Assembly: GCA_024679065.1 (NCBI GenBank)
Contig: JAGIQG010000008.1
Location: 40,548,001-40,612,000, forward strand
DNA length: 64,000 nucleotides
DNA from: Sphyrna mokarran
Taxonomy: Eukaryota
Direction: 5' to 3'
In this document: positions 1 through 13,000 of the stretch, in pieces
Numbering within the stretch: the stretch's first letter is position 1
Layout of the letters: each line of letters opens with the position of its first letter
The notes under the pieces: generated by a model
Databases searched by the model: none
Told to the model about the DNA's origin: nothing
Seen by the model: the letters and a program-made list of their open reading frames with translations, nothing else
Made by a program: the position numbers and the translations under genes

Positions 1-1864
1 CTCCTCTTTTTAAATAAGCAAAATAACCTGAAGCTGGGCATAAGTTGTATGTCTGAACTGGAGTTCTGTTTACTCTCTAAGCATGTGACTCCTAGTGGCA
101 CCTGATTATGTATTTAGATCAATTCCAGAAAGCCTGCATGCTACTGAAGGGAAAGGAGAAATCATGAACTGTGCACTTTTCCATGTTAGTGCCTCTTTTT
201 AATTGTTATTTATGAAAACTCCAAAGAATAATAAAATGTTTATTTATTTCAATGTTAGGATAAAGCTTCCAGCTGCCTCCATTTAGACTAACGACACCCT
301 ACTGCTGGCATTCATTATGGGAAAACGAGGATAAAGCTCTCCTGAGTGATGTGTTAAGAATGCACTGGAAAGCAGCTGTCTCTGCCATTTTTGTCACACT
401 AGGACTGTTAAAAGACAGCATCCCCATGACACAATTAAGTGAAATGGTGACAACCAGGAATCTGCTCCTAATATACAAAGTTAACTCTTCATTCAGAAGG
501 TATATTTTTTAATTGAAATGCACCCAGGTTGACACTGAGGGACATTTAAGATTACTATCCCACACTTTCCTCCCCCTTTTATAGACACTCACGCAAAGCA
601 ATGATCTTTTACTACAGCATTTTAAAGTATTTAACTTTAAAAAAGATAATGAGTAAATATCAAGTGTTGCATTCTTGTCTCACATTAAATTACCACAATT
701 ACCATTGTCTGATCCCCTGAGTTCCTTTTGACAATGAGCAGCAGGAGTTACTGGGAATTAAGATTAATAGTAATGATTGATGTTTCAGTGTTCAGCATTG
801 GAAAGATGACGAGCTTCAACTGGATGGGCAAATGTTATTTGCAGGATGTATCTGTGGTAAATAGTTGAGTGTAACTATGGTCTGACTTTATTTCAGTATA
901 GATCTTTCAAAGAGAATGTTTGTGAGTATATAATAGAACATTTCTTGCAGATTCACATCAATTTCTTGTGATTCAAGAGCCTGTGAAGCTGGCTTTTGTG
1001 TAGTTTGAGCAATCTTTTTCCATTTGTTTAGCAAATATAAGTGTTGCTTCTGATACCTTTTATGTATTTTTTGCAATATTTCTTTAATGAGTTTAAGCAA
1101 TTATGTAGTTCAAAGTCTTGCTCTGCTGACACACCAGACAAACATTTAATTCCTGTCAATGCTCTCTGCTGACACCAGGCAAAGCTGCTCAGTCTTGTGA
1201 AATGGAACAGAATAACATCCAATCTGCATGTTCACAGCACTCAGCGTAGCCTATGAACATAATTTTGGTAGAAGTTAAATGCAAACAGCAGTGTTCTGTC
1301 AGAATGAAGCTTTAGGATTTACAAAGTGGAAAGGAATGGCTTGTACCCCAGACTTGTGACACATGTGACATTTTGTATTTGCACATTACCATTGTTCAAG
1401 TTTCAATTCTGGCAAAATTATTACGAAACCCCACACTGAATGATAAATACCTGACAAGAATGGGAAGGTTCTAATGTAATGTTAGTTATATCATAAAGCG
1501 TGAGGGAAAACACACTTTTGTGTCCTTCACTTAATTCTTGATACAATTATCAACCCTTGTTCTGTGATAAGAATATGCCATTTCAATTACTCCAGTGTAT
1601 CAATCTTTTCCATTATTTATACTCTTTATTTTATAGGGTAGATTACAGGTAGTTCAAACTCCAAAATTTGTTTGACCCTTTACACTGGCATTAATTACTC
1701 CATGGCTGTGATTTTAAAGGGTACAGAGTCTGGCCCACCTGTTATTTTCCCAGCCATGCCATGGAAGAGGGGGGGGGTGTGAGAGGATTGCAGCACTTAA
1801 TTACCATTAATTGGACATTTAAGTCCTGATTAGGCCGAAAAGGCAGCTGGCTTAGTGGGAACCT

Positions 1865-2000
1865 TCCCTATCCCTGTCTTGAGGGAGGGGAGGGAGGGAG
1901 GTTATGGGAGGGGAGTGGAAATGAGGGGATGGGTAATTGAGGGGAGGGGAGAAAGGAGGGGATGGAGGGGAGAAGACTGTGGAGGAAGGAGATGGGTTGG
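1865..2000. repeat. G/A-rich low-complexity tract
   Basis: Runs of GGGA/GGAG. Confidence 0.75.
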
Positions 2001-3690
2001 ATACCCAGCATATTTTATATGTCACTACTCCCTCACCAGAAACATGCCTGATGCAATGTTGTAACATCAAGCTCCATGTTTTCAAGCGTAATGATGTTCC
2101 CATTGAAATATTGTGACCGTTTGAACTTATCAGGAATTAATTTTACATTTAGAAATTCTCTACTTTCATCAAAGATTTTTATGTTTAAACAGAATGTAAT
2201 ATGATAATGGAAGAACTCTCCTGTTACAAAATAAAAATATTCACATAAGATATACAAGGTATGATTCACTCTCTTTGATCAGAAATTTAAATATTGATAT
2301 TAGTCACAATGTGGTGATTCAGTGAAGGGTGCATTTAACCCATGACAACAAAAATCAAAAGCAGCAAACTACGGTCAGCATCGTACAAAATAAAGCACAC
2401 AGTGGAATACATTTCAAAGCAGTAACTTCATGTTGGCATGGGGAAAATACATGGAAAAAACAAACTGGAAGGGATTAAAGCTTAATATTGTCTGAATTCA
2501 ACTATATGTTGCTGTTTTGCAGCACACCACAAGATCCTAAATAAACTATATCTCATTGCACCTGATACAAGTGAAACCCTCCTAAGAAGAAACTTCCCAA
2601 CATTAGAAATGTTTTTTCAGTTATACTTGTAGGTAAGCAACAATCTCTACATCATAGCAGGGAAAGGCAAAACAGCTATCAGTTGTTTGGGAACATTAAC
2701 ATGCAAGTCATAAACTGGCATGTTTGTGTTGGTACAAAATAATGCAACAATTTTATTATTATGCCTAGTGCAAGGTTAGTGAGGTCCAGCACTTTATTTT
2801 GAGACTCAGGTTACTTATCTAGTTTTCACAGACTTAATTTTTCTTCATCACAAAATTAACACAATGATAAAGGTAACAGATTATCCTCAGTGACATGAAA
2901 TCCTGAACAGCTAGTGTTCTGTCTGTTCGGGGATTTATTTGCAAAGAAGCCTGTTATGGGATTTGTGTCTGAAATAAGTGTTTACATCATTGGTCTATTG
3001 TGATAATGGGAACCTGAATTGTGTGAGAACAGCTCTGACTCTAGATATTAATATTTGATGGATTTACCTTCATGGTGTTACAATTTAAGGTTGAAAGAGT
3101 TGTGTTATTCATTTGATCACAATTATTGGTATCCTGTCTCCAAACTAATTAAAGGTATACAACAATGCCATGCAGTCTGCGGCAGTGCTGATAAACATTA
3201 AGAAGTACTGAACTCTTCAAGGAGGTAGCTCACATATTAGGGCAAGGAAGAGATTTCAGAGATTTTTCATATGTAGCTGGGAAATTGTAGGTACTGGTGT
3301 TGCAAATTTCTGTTGCATATTATCTGTCTGCATTTTTACTTTTCTAAATAATCGTATTGCAAATTGAATTTAATTAGTACTGAAGCTGATGAGTAGATTT
3401 AGCCTGTTAAAGTGGGTGTGGTATTTGATATTTTTCTGCCTTTGAAATGACAAGATACAGAAGCCTGAGAATTACTCCTGACAGTATCAGCAGCAAAATA
3501 TCCACACATTTATTCCTACAACTTTAACTAAAAAAGAACCTATTTATGTTTTAAAAAAAGCATAGTCATTTAAGAGGCTTTAAAAGTAATTTCATGCTAA
3601 TATTATCATGATAATTTTATAATCTACAGCAAGTACATACATGGCTTCTCCTGCAAGTTTAGTGCTAATTTAGATCATTGGTAGCAGTAT

Positions 3691-3991
3691 AGGCGGCATG
3701 CTGTCACAGTGATCAACATTGCTGCTTCACAGCACCAGGGACCAGGTTCGATTCCTAGCTTGGATCACTGTCTGTGCAGTGACTGCACATTCTCCCCGTG
3801 TCCGCACATGTTTCCTCTGGGTGCTCTGGTTTTCTTCCACAGTCTGAAAGATATGCTGGTTGGGTACATTGATCATGCTAAATTCTCCCTCGGTATACCC
3901 GAACAGGGGCCGGAGTGTGGCAGCTCTGGGATTTTCACAGTAACTTCAGTGCCGTGTTAATGTAAGCCTACGTATGACACTGATAAATAAA
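3691..3991 (+). mobile_element. tRNA-derived V-SINE (HE1-like), AATAAATAAA-tail subtype
   Basis: Head with B box GGTTCGATTCC, V-domain body (TTCTCCCCGTGTC...GGGTGCTCTGGTTT), tail GTAAGCCTA...TGACACTGATAAATAAA. Confidence 0.85.
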
Positions 3992-4254
3992 GTATGAGCT
4001 ATACGACATAAAATAGTCCCTACTTAATTATCCAGTCCATTTCTGGATAAATGGTAAAGGCTTAGAAATGATGCCTGAGGGCAGATATATTCCGGTATGC
4101 AATGAGGGCAATCTATCTACTAGGCCTGCTCACTCTGAGGTTAGTGCAGCGATTTAGTCCGGGACATCGCGGGCCTTCATCTCACACGTTGTTCCCGGGT
4201 CTGATCTGAAAAGTTTACATGGGAAAAGAGAGCTGCAATTTGCTTATGACTCAC

Positions 4255-4481
4255 CCACTCTGAGCTCCTGTCCGAAGACTGTTTTCTCTCCGAGTGCTGA
4301 GCAGTTCCAGCGGCCGTACCTGAACTGATACTGACATTCGTTGATGCCCATCTGCGCCCCTTCCCCGATCACGATGATGGCATCCGGGCGGCTCTGACAG
4401 ATCGCCCGCTGCCGGGGCGCCAGACCTGGGATCTTGTTGCAGATGATATTCGCTCCCAAGGCGACCACCGAGGACAACGCT
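4255..4481 (-). CDS. wnt7b: Wnt-7b, coding exon 2 (227 bp)
   Basis: Translates as [76 protein letters not shown], nearly identical to vertebrate WNT7B; ANIICNK and [12 protein letters not shown] point to 7B rather than 7A. Polypyrimidine tract plus TTTCAG acceptor at 4482-4487; GTGAGT donor at 4249-4254. Confidence 0.97.
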
Positions 4482-5375
4482 CTGAAAGACAGGACAAAAC
4501 AAAACCGATACAAAATCACAAACGGACACAAAGAACTGCTCAAATCAAATCGCAACTGAAGCATGAACTAGTGTGACCTCTAGGCACAACTTTCTCTCTG
4601 AGGTGGTAGTTAGGTTGAATCTGGCAGCCTTCCACTTTCTGATCTATTGCAATGGGCGTAAAATTGCGGAAAGTTTCCATTCAAGAGATCAATTTACGGT
4701 TTAATAGACAGCCACAAGACGAAAGGGTTAAAGTAAAGAACACGTTTCAACCACAATGCTGAATTTTTTATTCGCTCCCGACTCAGGAAACTTGCATTCT
4801 GTCCCATTCCCCGAAGGCAAATAAACAGCCTTAGATTTTCTGAAGGATTTGGGTAAATATATAATTAGGGAGCAAGAGAGCACATGTGGATTAAGTTTAA
4901 AGGGATGAAATTGAGAGTGAGCTTTTTCACACAGGGTGGGAGGGGTGGGAGAATGAATATCAGATCCGGAGGTTACAGGGCACCGTGTACCTACCTGCAG
5001 GAGAGAGAGAGAGCCAAGGCTGGGAGGAAACCCTCCCAGTTTAGAAGCGCATTGTGCTTTTGCTTGTTTCCACCCTTCTCTGACACAAAGTAAATGTCAA
5101 TTTGACAATATATTTAAACATTTTAAGGGGAGGGGAGAGACATCCAACTTACTGGCTGGCGGTGTGCAGAACATAACCGCAGCAAGTGGCAGCTGAACCG
5201 CAGAGCAGTACACAGGTAAGCCCAGGCGTCTGAGAAAGAGTCAGGGACACAGAAACAATGCGGCCACAGCACATTCCCTCCCCAAATATTACACCTTCCA
5301 GCCTAGTCGACGGAGCTACGATTTAAATTCTCGAAAATCTTAAGTCATTTAAAAAAAAACACGGTTCTGACTTAC

Positions 5376-5458
5376 AGGTAACTTCCGCTCGTGAGGATAA
5401 GAAACATTTGCGGATAATAAACTGATAAGAGCACACTGCGTGATAGAAAGATGATCAT
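5376..5458 (-). CDS. wnt7b: Wnt-7b alternative (proximal) first coding exon, signal-peptide-like N-terminus
   Basis: GACC-ATG at 5458 opens MIIFLSRSVLLSVYYPQMFLILTSGSY+CT, then a GTAAGT donor. 83 bp, phase 2, joins exon 2 in frame (CT|A = Leu). Resembles, from memory, the mammalian alternative N-terminus MLLLSPRSALVSVYCPQIFLLLSSGSYL. Confidence 0.9.
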
Positions 5459-5800
5459 GGTCGCTCTCTGCGTCAGCTCCTATCGGTGTTGTTTGTTTTA
5501 TTATAGAAATGTTGGATGCTATTCGTGAGCAGGATCCTTGTCTAAGTCCTCGGTAATTAGTCTTGTCCAGTGTCTTGTCGCTAGATTGGTGTTTTTGCCT
5601 CTCTTTCATGACGGAGCAGTGCTTTGCAATTGTTGGGAGTTGCAGTTCGAATGGTTGAGTGTTTTGTGAGAGTTCATCTGCTCTCAGGAGACCGCCTGTT
5701 GCAATTGGGCAGACAGGCTAATCCCAGCCACTGCAATCCGCCCACTCCCTCTCAAATCACAATGGGGCAAAAATGACAATGGAAATCACTCAGATCTGCT
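5459..5800 (-). promoter_or_regulatory. 5' UTR and internal promoter of the proximal Wnt7b first exon
   Basis: Upstream of the alternative ATG, CpG-retaining, with a GC box (CCGCCC) at 5738-5743. Positional inference only. Confidence 0.45.
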
Positions 5801-8800
5801 TGTAGACAGTTAGGCAAGTCCCACAACTACTGGATTCACTTTTTAAAGGGGAAACTTAGAGATTATGCTTGACTACGGGATACAATTAAATGAAATCGTC
5901 TGTGTTTAAAGACAATCAATTTCAATCTTATATCTGTGACTGAAATGGCAAAGAGAAAATGAAATCAGAGCAGTCATTCATTATTTTGAAGAATATGTTC
6001 CCAACCAATAGATCACACATAGATATCCCTCGCTCCAACCTGGTTCAATTATCTGTTTTTGTTTAGAATATTAGATGCGACGCACAGAGAGAAAAAACAG
6101 AGCTTGCACATGCAATTGATTTGTTTGTGAATCCATCCACAGATGGTTATTGTCAGCCATTGGAGAGAGAGCATATAGTACTGAAGTGCCTCACATTGGG
6201 AGACCGCTCGACAGTCTGGAGGTATCATAATGTCCGCTGGATAAGTGAAGTCCAGGATGCACCTCAGACATGAGTTATGACAGTGGGGCGATCTCTTGAG
6301 ATATAATTATTGCCTTAAACTTACTGTCTGCATTTGATAATATGTCTGTCGTCTCTCTCTCTCTATATATATACACACAATATAACTTGTTCGAAACGTT
6401 TTTCGTTGACTGTTACTGATGTAGGTGGTATAAAAGGGTGAGCATAATAATGCAAGACCTGTTCGATACAGGACACCAGGTGTAACTATACCTTCAAAAT
6501 GCCCAGATAATATTGTACAATAAAACCAGATTGGTGAGGAAAGGGGTTGTTGGCGCGATTAGCAGGAAACAAGAGATATGTCATGTATAGGGAATACATA
6601 GTGGAGAGCGATAGATATATGGTGTATGATCAGTTTGAGAAAATGAGTTCATAGTCCTAAACAGAAAATGTGCCCTTAGGACTAGGATTGGACCTATATA
6701 TTCTTGCCATTAGGTGCAGGGAAGAGGTTTCATCAAGTTTCAAATTAATAAACTCAATCTCTTAACGTAAAATATGCTCTTGACACAGGTACAGAAACTG
6801 TGCATTCTTATGAATGGGTGCTGACTCCACAAACTGAATGGAATTTATGAGAATGGATCCTGAGTCTGCAGACTGAATGCCATTCAACTCCAAACATTGT
6901 ATCGATACAAGTAGAACGGGAAATTTGCAATAGTGACTTAATGTTTCCCTTTCTATTGAAAAAAAAGTCGATTCAACTGTTTAAACGAAATATGGTAAAT
7001 ACATTTGAATTGCTTCGTAATACCAAGGCTACAGTGATGTAAAAAAAAGTTAACACATGTTAATGACGATACCTTTCTATTGCATTTCACTCTGGTGTTT
7101 ATTTTACAGCAGCACCGAGTTCTAATATCTAGCCCAATTTGCTACTTTCAGCTCGGCGCTCAGGAGAACCCCTATACCAGCGACATATAAAAAGCTAATT
7201 GTATTCCCGTCTCTCTACTGAAGTTACAAAAAAGGTGTTATCCCTCTCAATTTTTGTAAACAATTTATTAAAACAGTTCATTTCACACCAGTTGCAGTTA
7301 TGGTCCGGCCAATGAAGATGGAAGTTAGGTTCACTGGCATTGTTTGACTTTATTTATTTGAACCCCCAATTGATTCGTTCCCTCAAACGCAGGCACGCTG
7401 TCACTTTTGCATCAGCATAAAGTTGTTCGAATCTAGCAGCAGCGATGCAAACATCCAATACAAGCCCGAATGTAATGTTTTGACCTGACTCGGTCGGCGT
7501 CAGATTCCCGCCCCTGAACTGGAATTTCACACTGTGGAGTTTGTAAGCACGTGGAGTATAACTTCAACAGAGTCACAGACGGGGATTCAGATTCCGACAA
7601 CTTTTACAATGGTAACGCTCCTCCTAGGATCTTTTTACAACTCAAAATGGCCCAGTGTCTGGAACAGGCTCCTGCCAGTGTTTAAACAGAAATGCACAGA
7701 GCTGCTGCTTGGTGAGTGAAGCCCCTCGGAGTGGTTTCAGACGAGCAGAGCAGTCTAATCCGCATCCGACAACATGTGAATCAAGATTTGCCAGAAACAC
7801 CTAGGCGGAATGAGGATGCGGAGTGAGGATCTAACGGTGTGGATTGATTAAATTCAATTCCAGCACTTAGTGGATGAGCAGAACCGAAACAGAAATTAAC
7901 GCCACGAGTGTAGTTACCAATGGTAACGGTGTGGCGGCACCTGGGGATATTGCGGGTTTTATTTCCTGGCTTTCCCGGCTCTCCACGCCGGCGAATAAAT
8001 GGTCCCACGCAGTCATGGCAACCGCGTAATATAAGTGTATAGTTTGAAAGAGTTGATGTGAACCAATTAAAATTGAGAGATCATCTCGAAGGGGTGGTCT
8101 TGCATAACTTCGGTTTCACGTTGGCTGAGGCATGACTGGCATTAAGCCAAATTTAAGAAAGTCAGCAGACTGCCGTCACCTTGTTAATGTTACAGGGCCA
8201 TTGACTTTTTACTGATGCTTTGTTTTTAACCAGCATTGGGACAGCGTTGAGCAGATCAGATCTGCATCCAATTCTTTTGTCTGACATGTGGAGCAGTCTC
8301 TCACACTGGCCTGATGCAGCTAGCTACCCGTGGTATAACACGGGTATCCTCATAAATGATGTACTTTTCCTGAGGTTCCGTTTTTGATGGTTGGATTAAT
8401 GACAGACAAGCACTGCAGTAAAGATGTTAAAAAAAATCATATCTGCAACAAATACACTGGATATTTCAGTCTTGTCTGTGTATGCAATGCCTGTCTCCTG
8501 TACAGTATGTATTGTTATGATGCGTGTTGGAGGGTTGATATATGGTGCACCCTAAAACTGAGTTGTTTTCGGTTCAGAAAGGCAGAATTAGCGACTCGAG
8601 TCACGGAAGTTGCTGGTATCATCTGTGTCACCTGAGTATGATATGGGCGTTTTAAAAAATCATTCCTATTATTAACATTTTAGTCTATTGGTGTAAAGTT
8701 ATTAATCGGCACAACACAATGATAACACTACAAATGATTGATTAGACGCGTTTGAATTATGTCAATATATCATTTAAAATAAATACAAGCGATTTAGATA

Positions 8801-11800
8801 GGACACAAATCTCAGATAAAGGAACGGAACGTCAAAGCTTTAACATCAAGGAGTGAATTCCAGTGATTTCTTAATTCCGAACACTGACAATCATTAATTT
8901 ACGGTGATTGAGTTTACCAAGTCAGAATGGATAGGTGCTCTTGCTGTCAGTCTGTAATATAGATACATTTTCTGGGACAACCGAAAGCCACCATTACAGT
9001 TAAACACCTGGCCTCGTCTCAGACAACAAGGCATATCTGCTTATTGCCATTGTTCCATCTATTCCTGAATATAGCTACCAGGGCCAACTACTCCCTCAAC
9101 TGACCATTAAAGGAACATATATTTTGTTCCCAAATAACGCGCGTCTTCCTGTTCATTCTTGTTACTGTGAAGCCTTAGGGATTTAAGGCATAGTTTTAGG
9201 AATTGCGCTCAGGTGTGATTGCAGCTGGATTTAACGAGTATCTTTTAGTTGATTATTTCTAAGCTGGGCCAGTGACATGTGACTTAATAATATCTAGTGG
9301 AGCGGTTGAAACTACCTTAATTGTTGTACATTTCAAAACTGGCTAGCATTACCTCTTGGATCTTACTATCCATTACCTTTAACAATGAAGCTCATCAAAA
9401 TCATTTTACAGTTTGTAAATGATCGACGTTTTCCAGGTAGTGCCCAGAGTGAAACACCTGCATGAAAGAGACAGTGAGCTTTGTGCACAATAGCTAGAAT
9501 ACCCGAGGTGTCTAATCTAACTGCTTCTATAATCTGCACCGCCTAACTGATCTCTTGTCAAGCACAGAATCAATGCATTTTGGCCCATTATTGCCAGTAA
9601 ATAGTTTTAAACAGCGCGTTCATTTGAACAGATTAAGACCACTTCAGTAGGCCTGTCCTGCGTCAGAAAAGAACAGGTTCAAATAGAAGCTGGACTCATA
9701 AATACATTTTTAATTAAATTGTGAAAGATACAACAGTTCCACGTCCTGGGGAATGTTATTGTTCGATATGAACTAACTCGGCTGCCTGCTAAAACGGACA
9801 TATGTCCTTTGCAGAAGTGACGAGGAAGGAGGTGTAATGTAATATCTGTTAATGATCTCTATAATAAGAGGCTCTTCCTGCGGTAGCAATTGACTTTAAA
9901 TAGTAAACGTTATGTTCAACATTGAAAAATGCTGCGGATCCTGGAAACTTGAATTAAAAACAGAAAATGCCGGAAAGGTTGGGGGCTTTTTTAACGGTCT
10001 CTTTATAAAGTTTGATGTTTGGACGAGAATTGGCCCTATTAGTATCTGGATAAATATCTCAGATTTGTGTTCGTTAAAAGGCAATTCTGCCGCGTAATCT
10101 TTCCTGAACGGTAGAGCTGCTGCTAATTGGATAAGCCCTGTCACCACGAACACATCTGAAGGTTCAGATTGTCACTGTCCATGGACCTGTAAAAGTGTTG
10201 GGTTAATGCAAAGTGCAGTTATCCCTGGTAAAGAGGGCTGAACTGAGTGCGAAGCTACAACTCTACAAGTGATGCACTCAACTGGTGTTTTCTGATTCAG
10301 ATCAAATCACAGATTTCTGCATATAAACCATGTGCTCGTCCGCTGATGGTTACCAAGTGGGTGTCGGCAACTGGGAAGTCACAGCAGAGAAATATTCTAG
10401 GTGCTACCTGCTATCAGTGATTTCTAACCTTAGAAGAGGCGCGCTTCAAAAGTGAACGGAACTGGATGGCATCTGACCTGGGAAAACACCAAAGAGGGGA
10501 ATTTCACCACCTCTGGACATAACGAGCTTCCGGACAGGTGTTGGATCACATTACCTTGTATAGATTGATCCGGGTGAACCTAGGTAGCGCAGACACCACA
10601 TTACGGGGAAGACTTTATACATAACGAAATATTTCAACACACGTCTTTAAGGGGCTCACCGACTCGAAGTGTGAAATCAGGATATCTAACGTGCGGTGTA
10701 TCACTGAAAACTCCAAGCTGATTTCAGATACCTCCAGAAGGTAAATGACAGGGTCTCAGTCCGCGACATAACCACATAACTCATTAATGTAATCCCATCC
10801 TCCGCAAACCAGGTGTAATTGTACCTGCCCCTGTGCTTATCAAAACCGTGTGCCAACGATCAACTTCCCTGATGTGTAATATTCACGTGTTAAAATCGCC
10901 TAAACACTGCCGCACTGCGTCATTCATTCAGATTCGCTGCTATCTCATCCCCTAATATTTCTTTCTATCAGAATTTCCTGCAAATCAGTTTTGTACCGGC
11001 TGCCGTCCTATACTTGGATCAGATCGCGAACGAGTGTGCACCTAGTGAGGTTCGGAGCTGCCAAGGGGAAGGGTTAGTTGTGTTCTCCAGGTTAGAGCAG
11101 GGGAACATCGCACAGTGACCAGCACTGCTCAGAGTGGCGAGCGCTGAAAGCTCCAGCGATTGGGTGGGAATTCGGACAGGTTACTCAAAGCCAATCATTC
11201 CCTGTGCATATGGAGTGAGGATTTCAGCTGAAAGTGGATATTTCTTGAAGCTATACTGAAGCTGAGTTGGTTCCTTTCTCTTTTTGATTTGTTTTGATTC
11301 TTGGGGACTGACCTGTTCTCACTTTGTTTCACGCAATCCTGCTAGACGAAGTGCACCCGTCCAATTACCAGATGCAGCGCCAAGTCGTTTTAAGAGATGG
11401 GATTTAGCAGACTCAAAAAAAAAGTTATGCATTCTTCATACAAAATCCCACAACTATGCAGCGGCCAAAAGTATTTGAGTTCGGGGGGGATAACAGGTAG
11501 CAGCGCATTCTAACAAACCGGGACTGTTGGGTTAGTGCTGAGGAATGTGGAAATACAACCCAGCCTTGCAACTAATAAGGGCATAGAGGCAAGAAAGTTG
11601 GCAAATATTCATAACCGCACAACCTGTTTATTGTGAGTAAAATCTCCGCGTTGAAGTGATAGAACGAAAAATCTGATTTCCGAATAGCAGGTATTGCTTG
11701 CCTGCACATTTCCATCACTTCGACCGAGTTTTTTTAAAAAAACAAAATAAATCTTGCTCGTTCCTCTGCACGCGTTAAGCTCCCACTTTTCTCCAATCTG

Positions 11801-12219
11801 TTGCATCAGAAGAGGGCAGACAAACCAGTTGTCAAATAATTTCAACACGTATGTGTGATGGATAGCATCGCCGATTCTGCCCAGGCCTGTAAATTCGCTA
11901 TGCTTTGGAAACTGGCTGCTAGAGATCTCTTATCAAGTGATTCATTCTTTTTCTAATTTTGTTTTGAAAGAGATCCGATATAAAATCATTCGGTGATAAC
12001 ATCACATTTTTGGGGGAGGGGGGTGGTGGGAGCTCTTTACACGTGTGCCACCCAAGCACCTCAATACTAAGATCGGAATATTGTAGATAATATGGGGAAA
12101 ACACTGCCGTTTGAACATCCCATGGCATTGAGCTATCTCGCTGCAATCTGTTTTGGAACAATTTCAAGATTAATTGCCCCCTCCTCCCCCCTCCAAGATT
12201 GTTGGTTTTTATTACTTAC

Positions 12220-12290
12220 CCTAATTTGACGTAGATGAAACCCAGACAGAGAAAGACATACAGAATCCACCGTCGAAAGTTCCTGTGCAT
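12220..12290 (-). CDS. wnt7b: Wnt-7b canonical (distal) first coding exon
   Basis: GAAC-ATG at 12290 opens MHRNFRRWILYVFLCLGFIYVKL+GG, then a GTAAGT donor (12214-12219). 71 bp, phase 2, joins exon 2 in frame (GG|A = Gly). Human WNT7B begins MHRNFRKWIFYVFLCFGVLYVKLG. Confidence 0.95.
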
Positions 12291-13000
12291 GTTCTAGAAT
12301 CAGGGTTTCGCCGGAAAGCCCAAATTGTGCGATTCTGTCGAAATTAAACACCCCACCCCCAAACACACACACACACACACACACACACAATCAAACTCTC
12401 AGAACTTGTATCCCAATTTCAGCGGTCGGGCGAGACTCAGATCACTGTAGAACCTGCTCTCTTGCGCAGTATCAATGATGGGCCGTTCAGATCCTTCCAA
12501 TTCCATGAGGATCTCTCTTCCCCATTTGTATTCAGTTCACATAAAGAGAGGGAAACAGACTGACTCCACAGTGTAAGCAAGAGAGGACACCAGCGGGTTA
12601 TTCCAGGTCTGTTCAGGCATTGCATTGCATGTGTTGTTACTTGTCCTGAATTCTCCAGTATTCTGCTATCTGGGATCTTTGTTGAACTGCTGGGCTAGTT
12701 GCAGACGATCGCCAGTTGCCTTCAGTTTTAAAATATCTCGTAACTCGTTCACGTCGACCTCCGCCTGACGACATCCATTTACCTGCTGATATAGGTTAGA
12801 GCAGAGCAAGAGCGACACGATCGTCACAAAAGAGCGAAATGAGGGAGATGCAGACAGAGATACGCCTCTAATAAATCAAGATAGGAAAACGGTGTCTAAG
12901 CAAGCTGCTGCCCATAGCTCATGAAAACACGTGTTACTTTTGTTCCAAAACCCCTTCGCTGCCAACTGAAAAGATAGAATGTGACAGGTTGTGAGATAAA
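12291..13000 (-). promoter_or_regulatory. 5' UTR and promoter region of the distal Wnt7b first exon
   Basis: Directly upstream of the ATG, CpG-retaining and transposon-free. The TSS cannot be placed from sequence alone. Confidence 0.55.
12363..12388. repeat. (AC)13 microsatellite ~70 bp upstream of the Wnt7b start codon
   Basis: Perfect dinucleotide run read directly. Confidence 0.95.

Larger units (their letters stand above)
1..4254 (-). other. wnt7b: Wnt7b intron following exon 2 (continues beyond window start)
   Basis: Follows the exon 2 donor. No Wnt exon 3 sequence (SREAAF...) was seen in 1-4254. Confidence 0.85.

Noticed and set aside
3691-3770. tRNA gene
   Set aside because: The tRNA-like boxes belong to SINE heads and continue directly into SINE bodies.
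4482-4564. N-terminal extension MLQLRFDL...VLSFR of ORF 4244-4564
   Set aside because: Read-through of intron and polypyrimidine tract upstream of the splice acceptor; the real N-termini come from the two first exons.
4599-4620. let-7-like string TGAGGTGGTAGTTAGGTTGAAT
   Set aside because: The seed is GAGGTGG rather than GAGGTAG, there are extra bases, and I see no matching hairpin arm.
4865-4950. ORF 4884-5093 as a small gene
   Set aside because: Its start (FKGMKLRVSFFTQ) looks like a very decayed CR1 C-terminal fragment; no other support.
5211-5221. Plus-strand donor-like CAG|GTAAGC suggesting an antisense exon
   Set aside because: A single 9-mer is expected by chance at this scale; no acceptor or transcript evidence.
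5349-5609. ORF-track 86-aa protein, and likewise 12133-12390
   Set aside because: Wrong-frame translations overlapping the true Wnt7b first exons.
10171-10191. REST/NRSE-like site (16/21 match on the minus strand)
   Set aside because: The critical CAGCACC half is broken (CAGGTCC); only a half-site remains.
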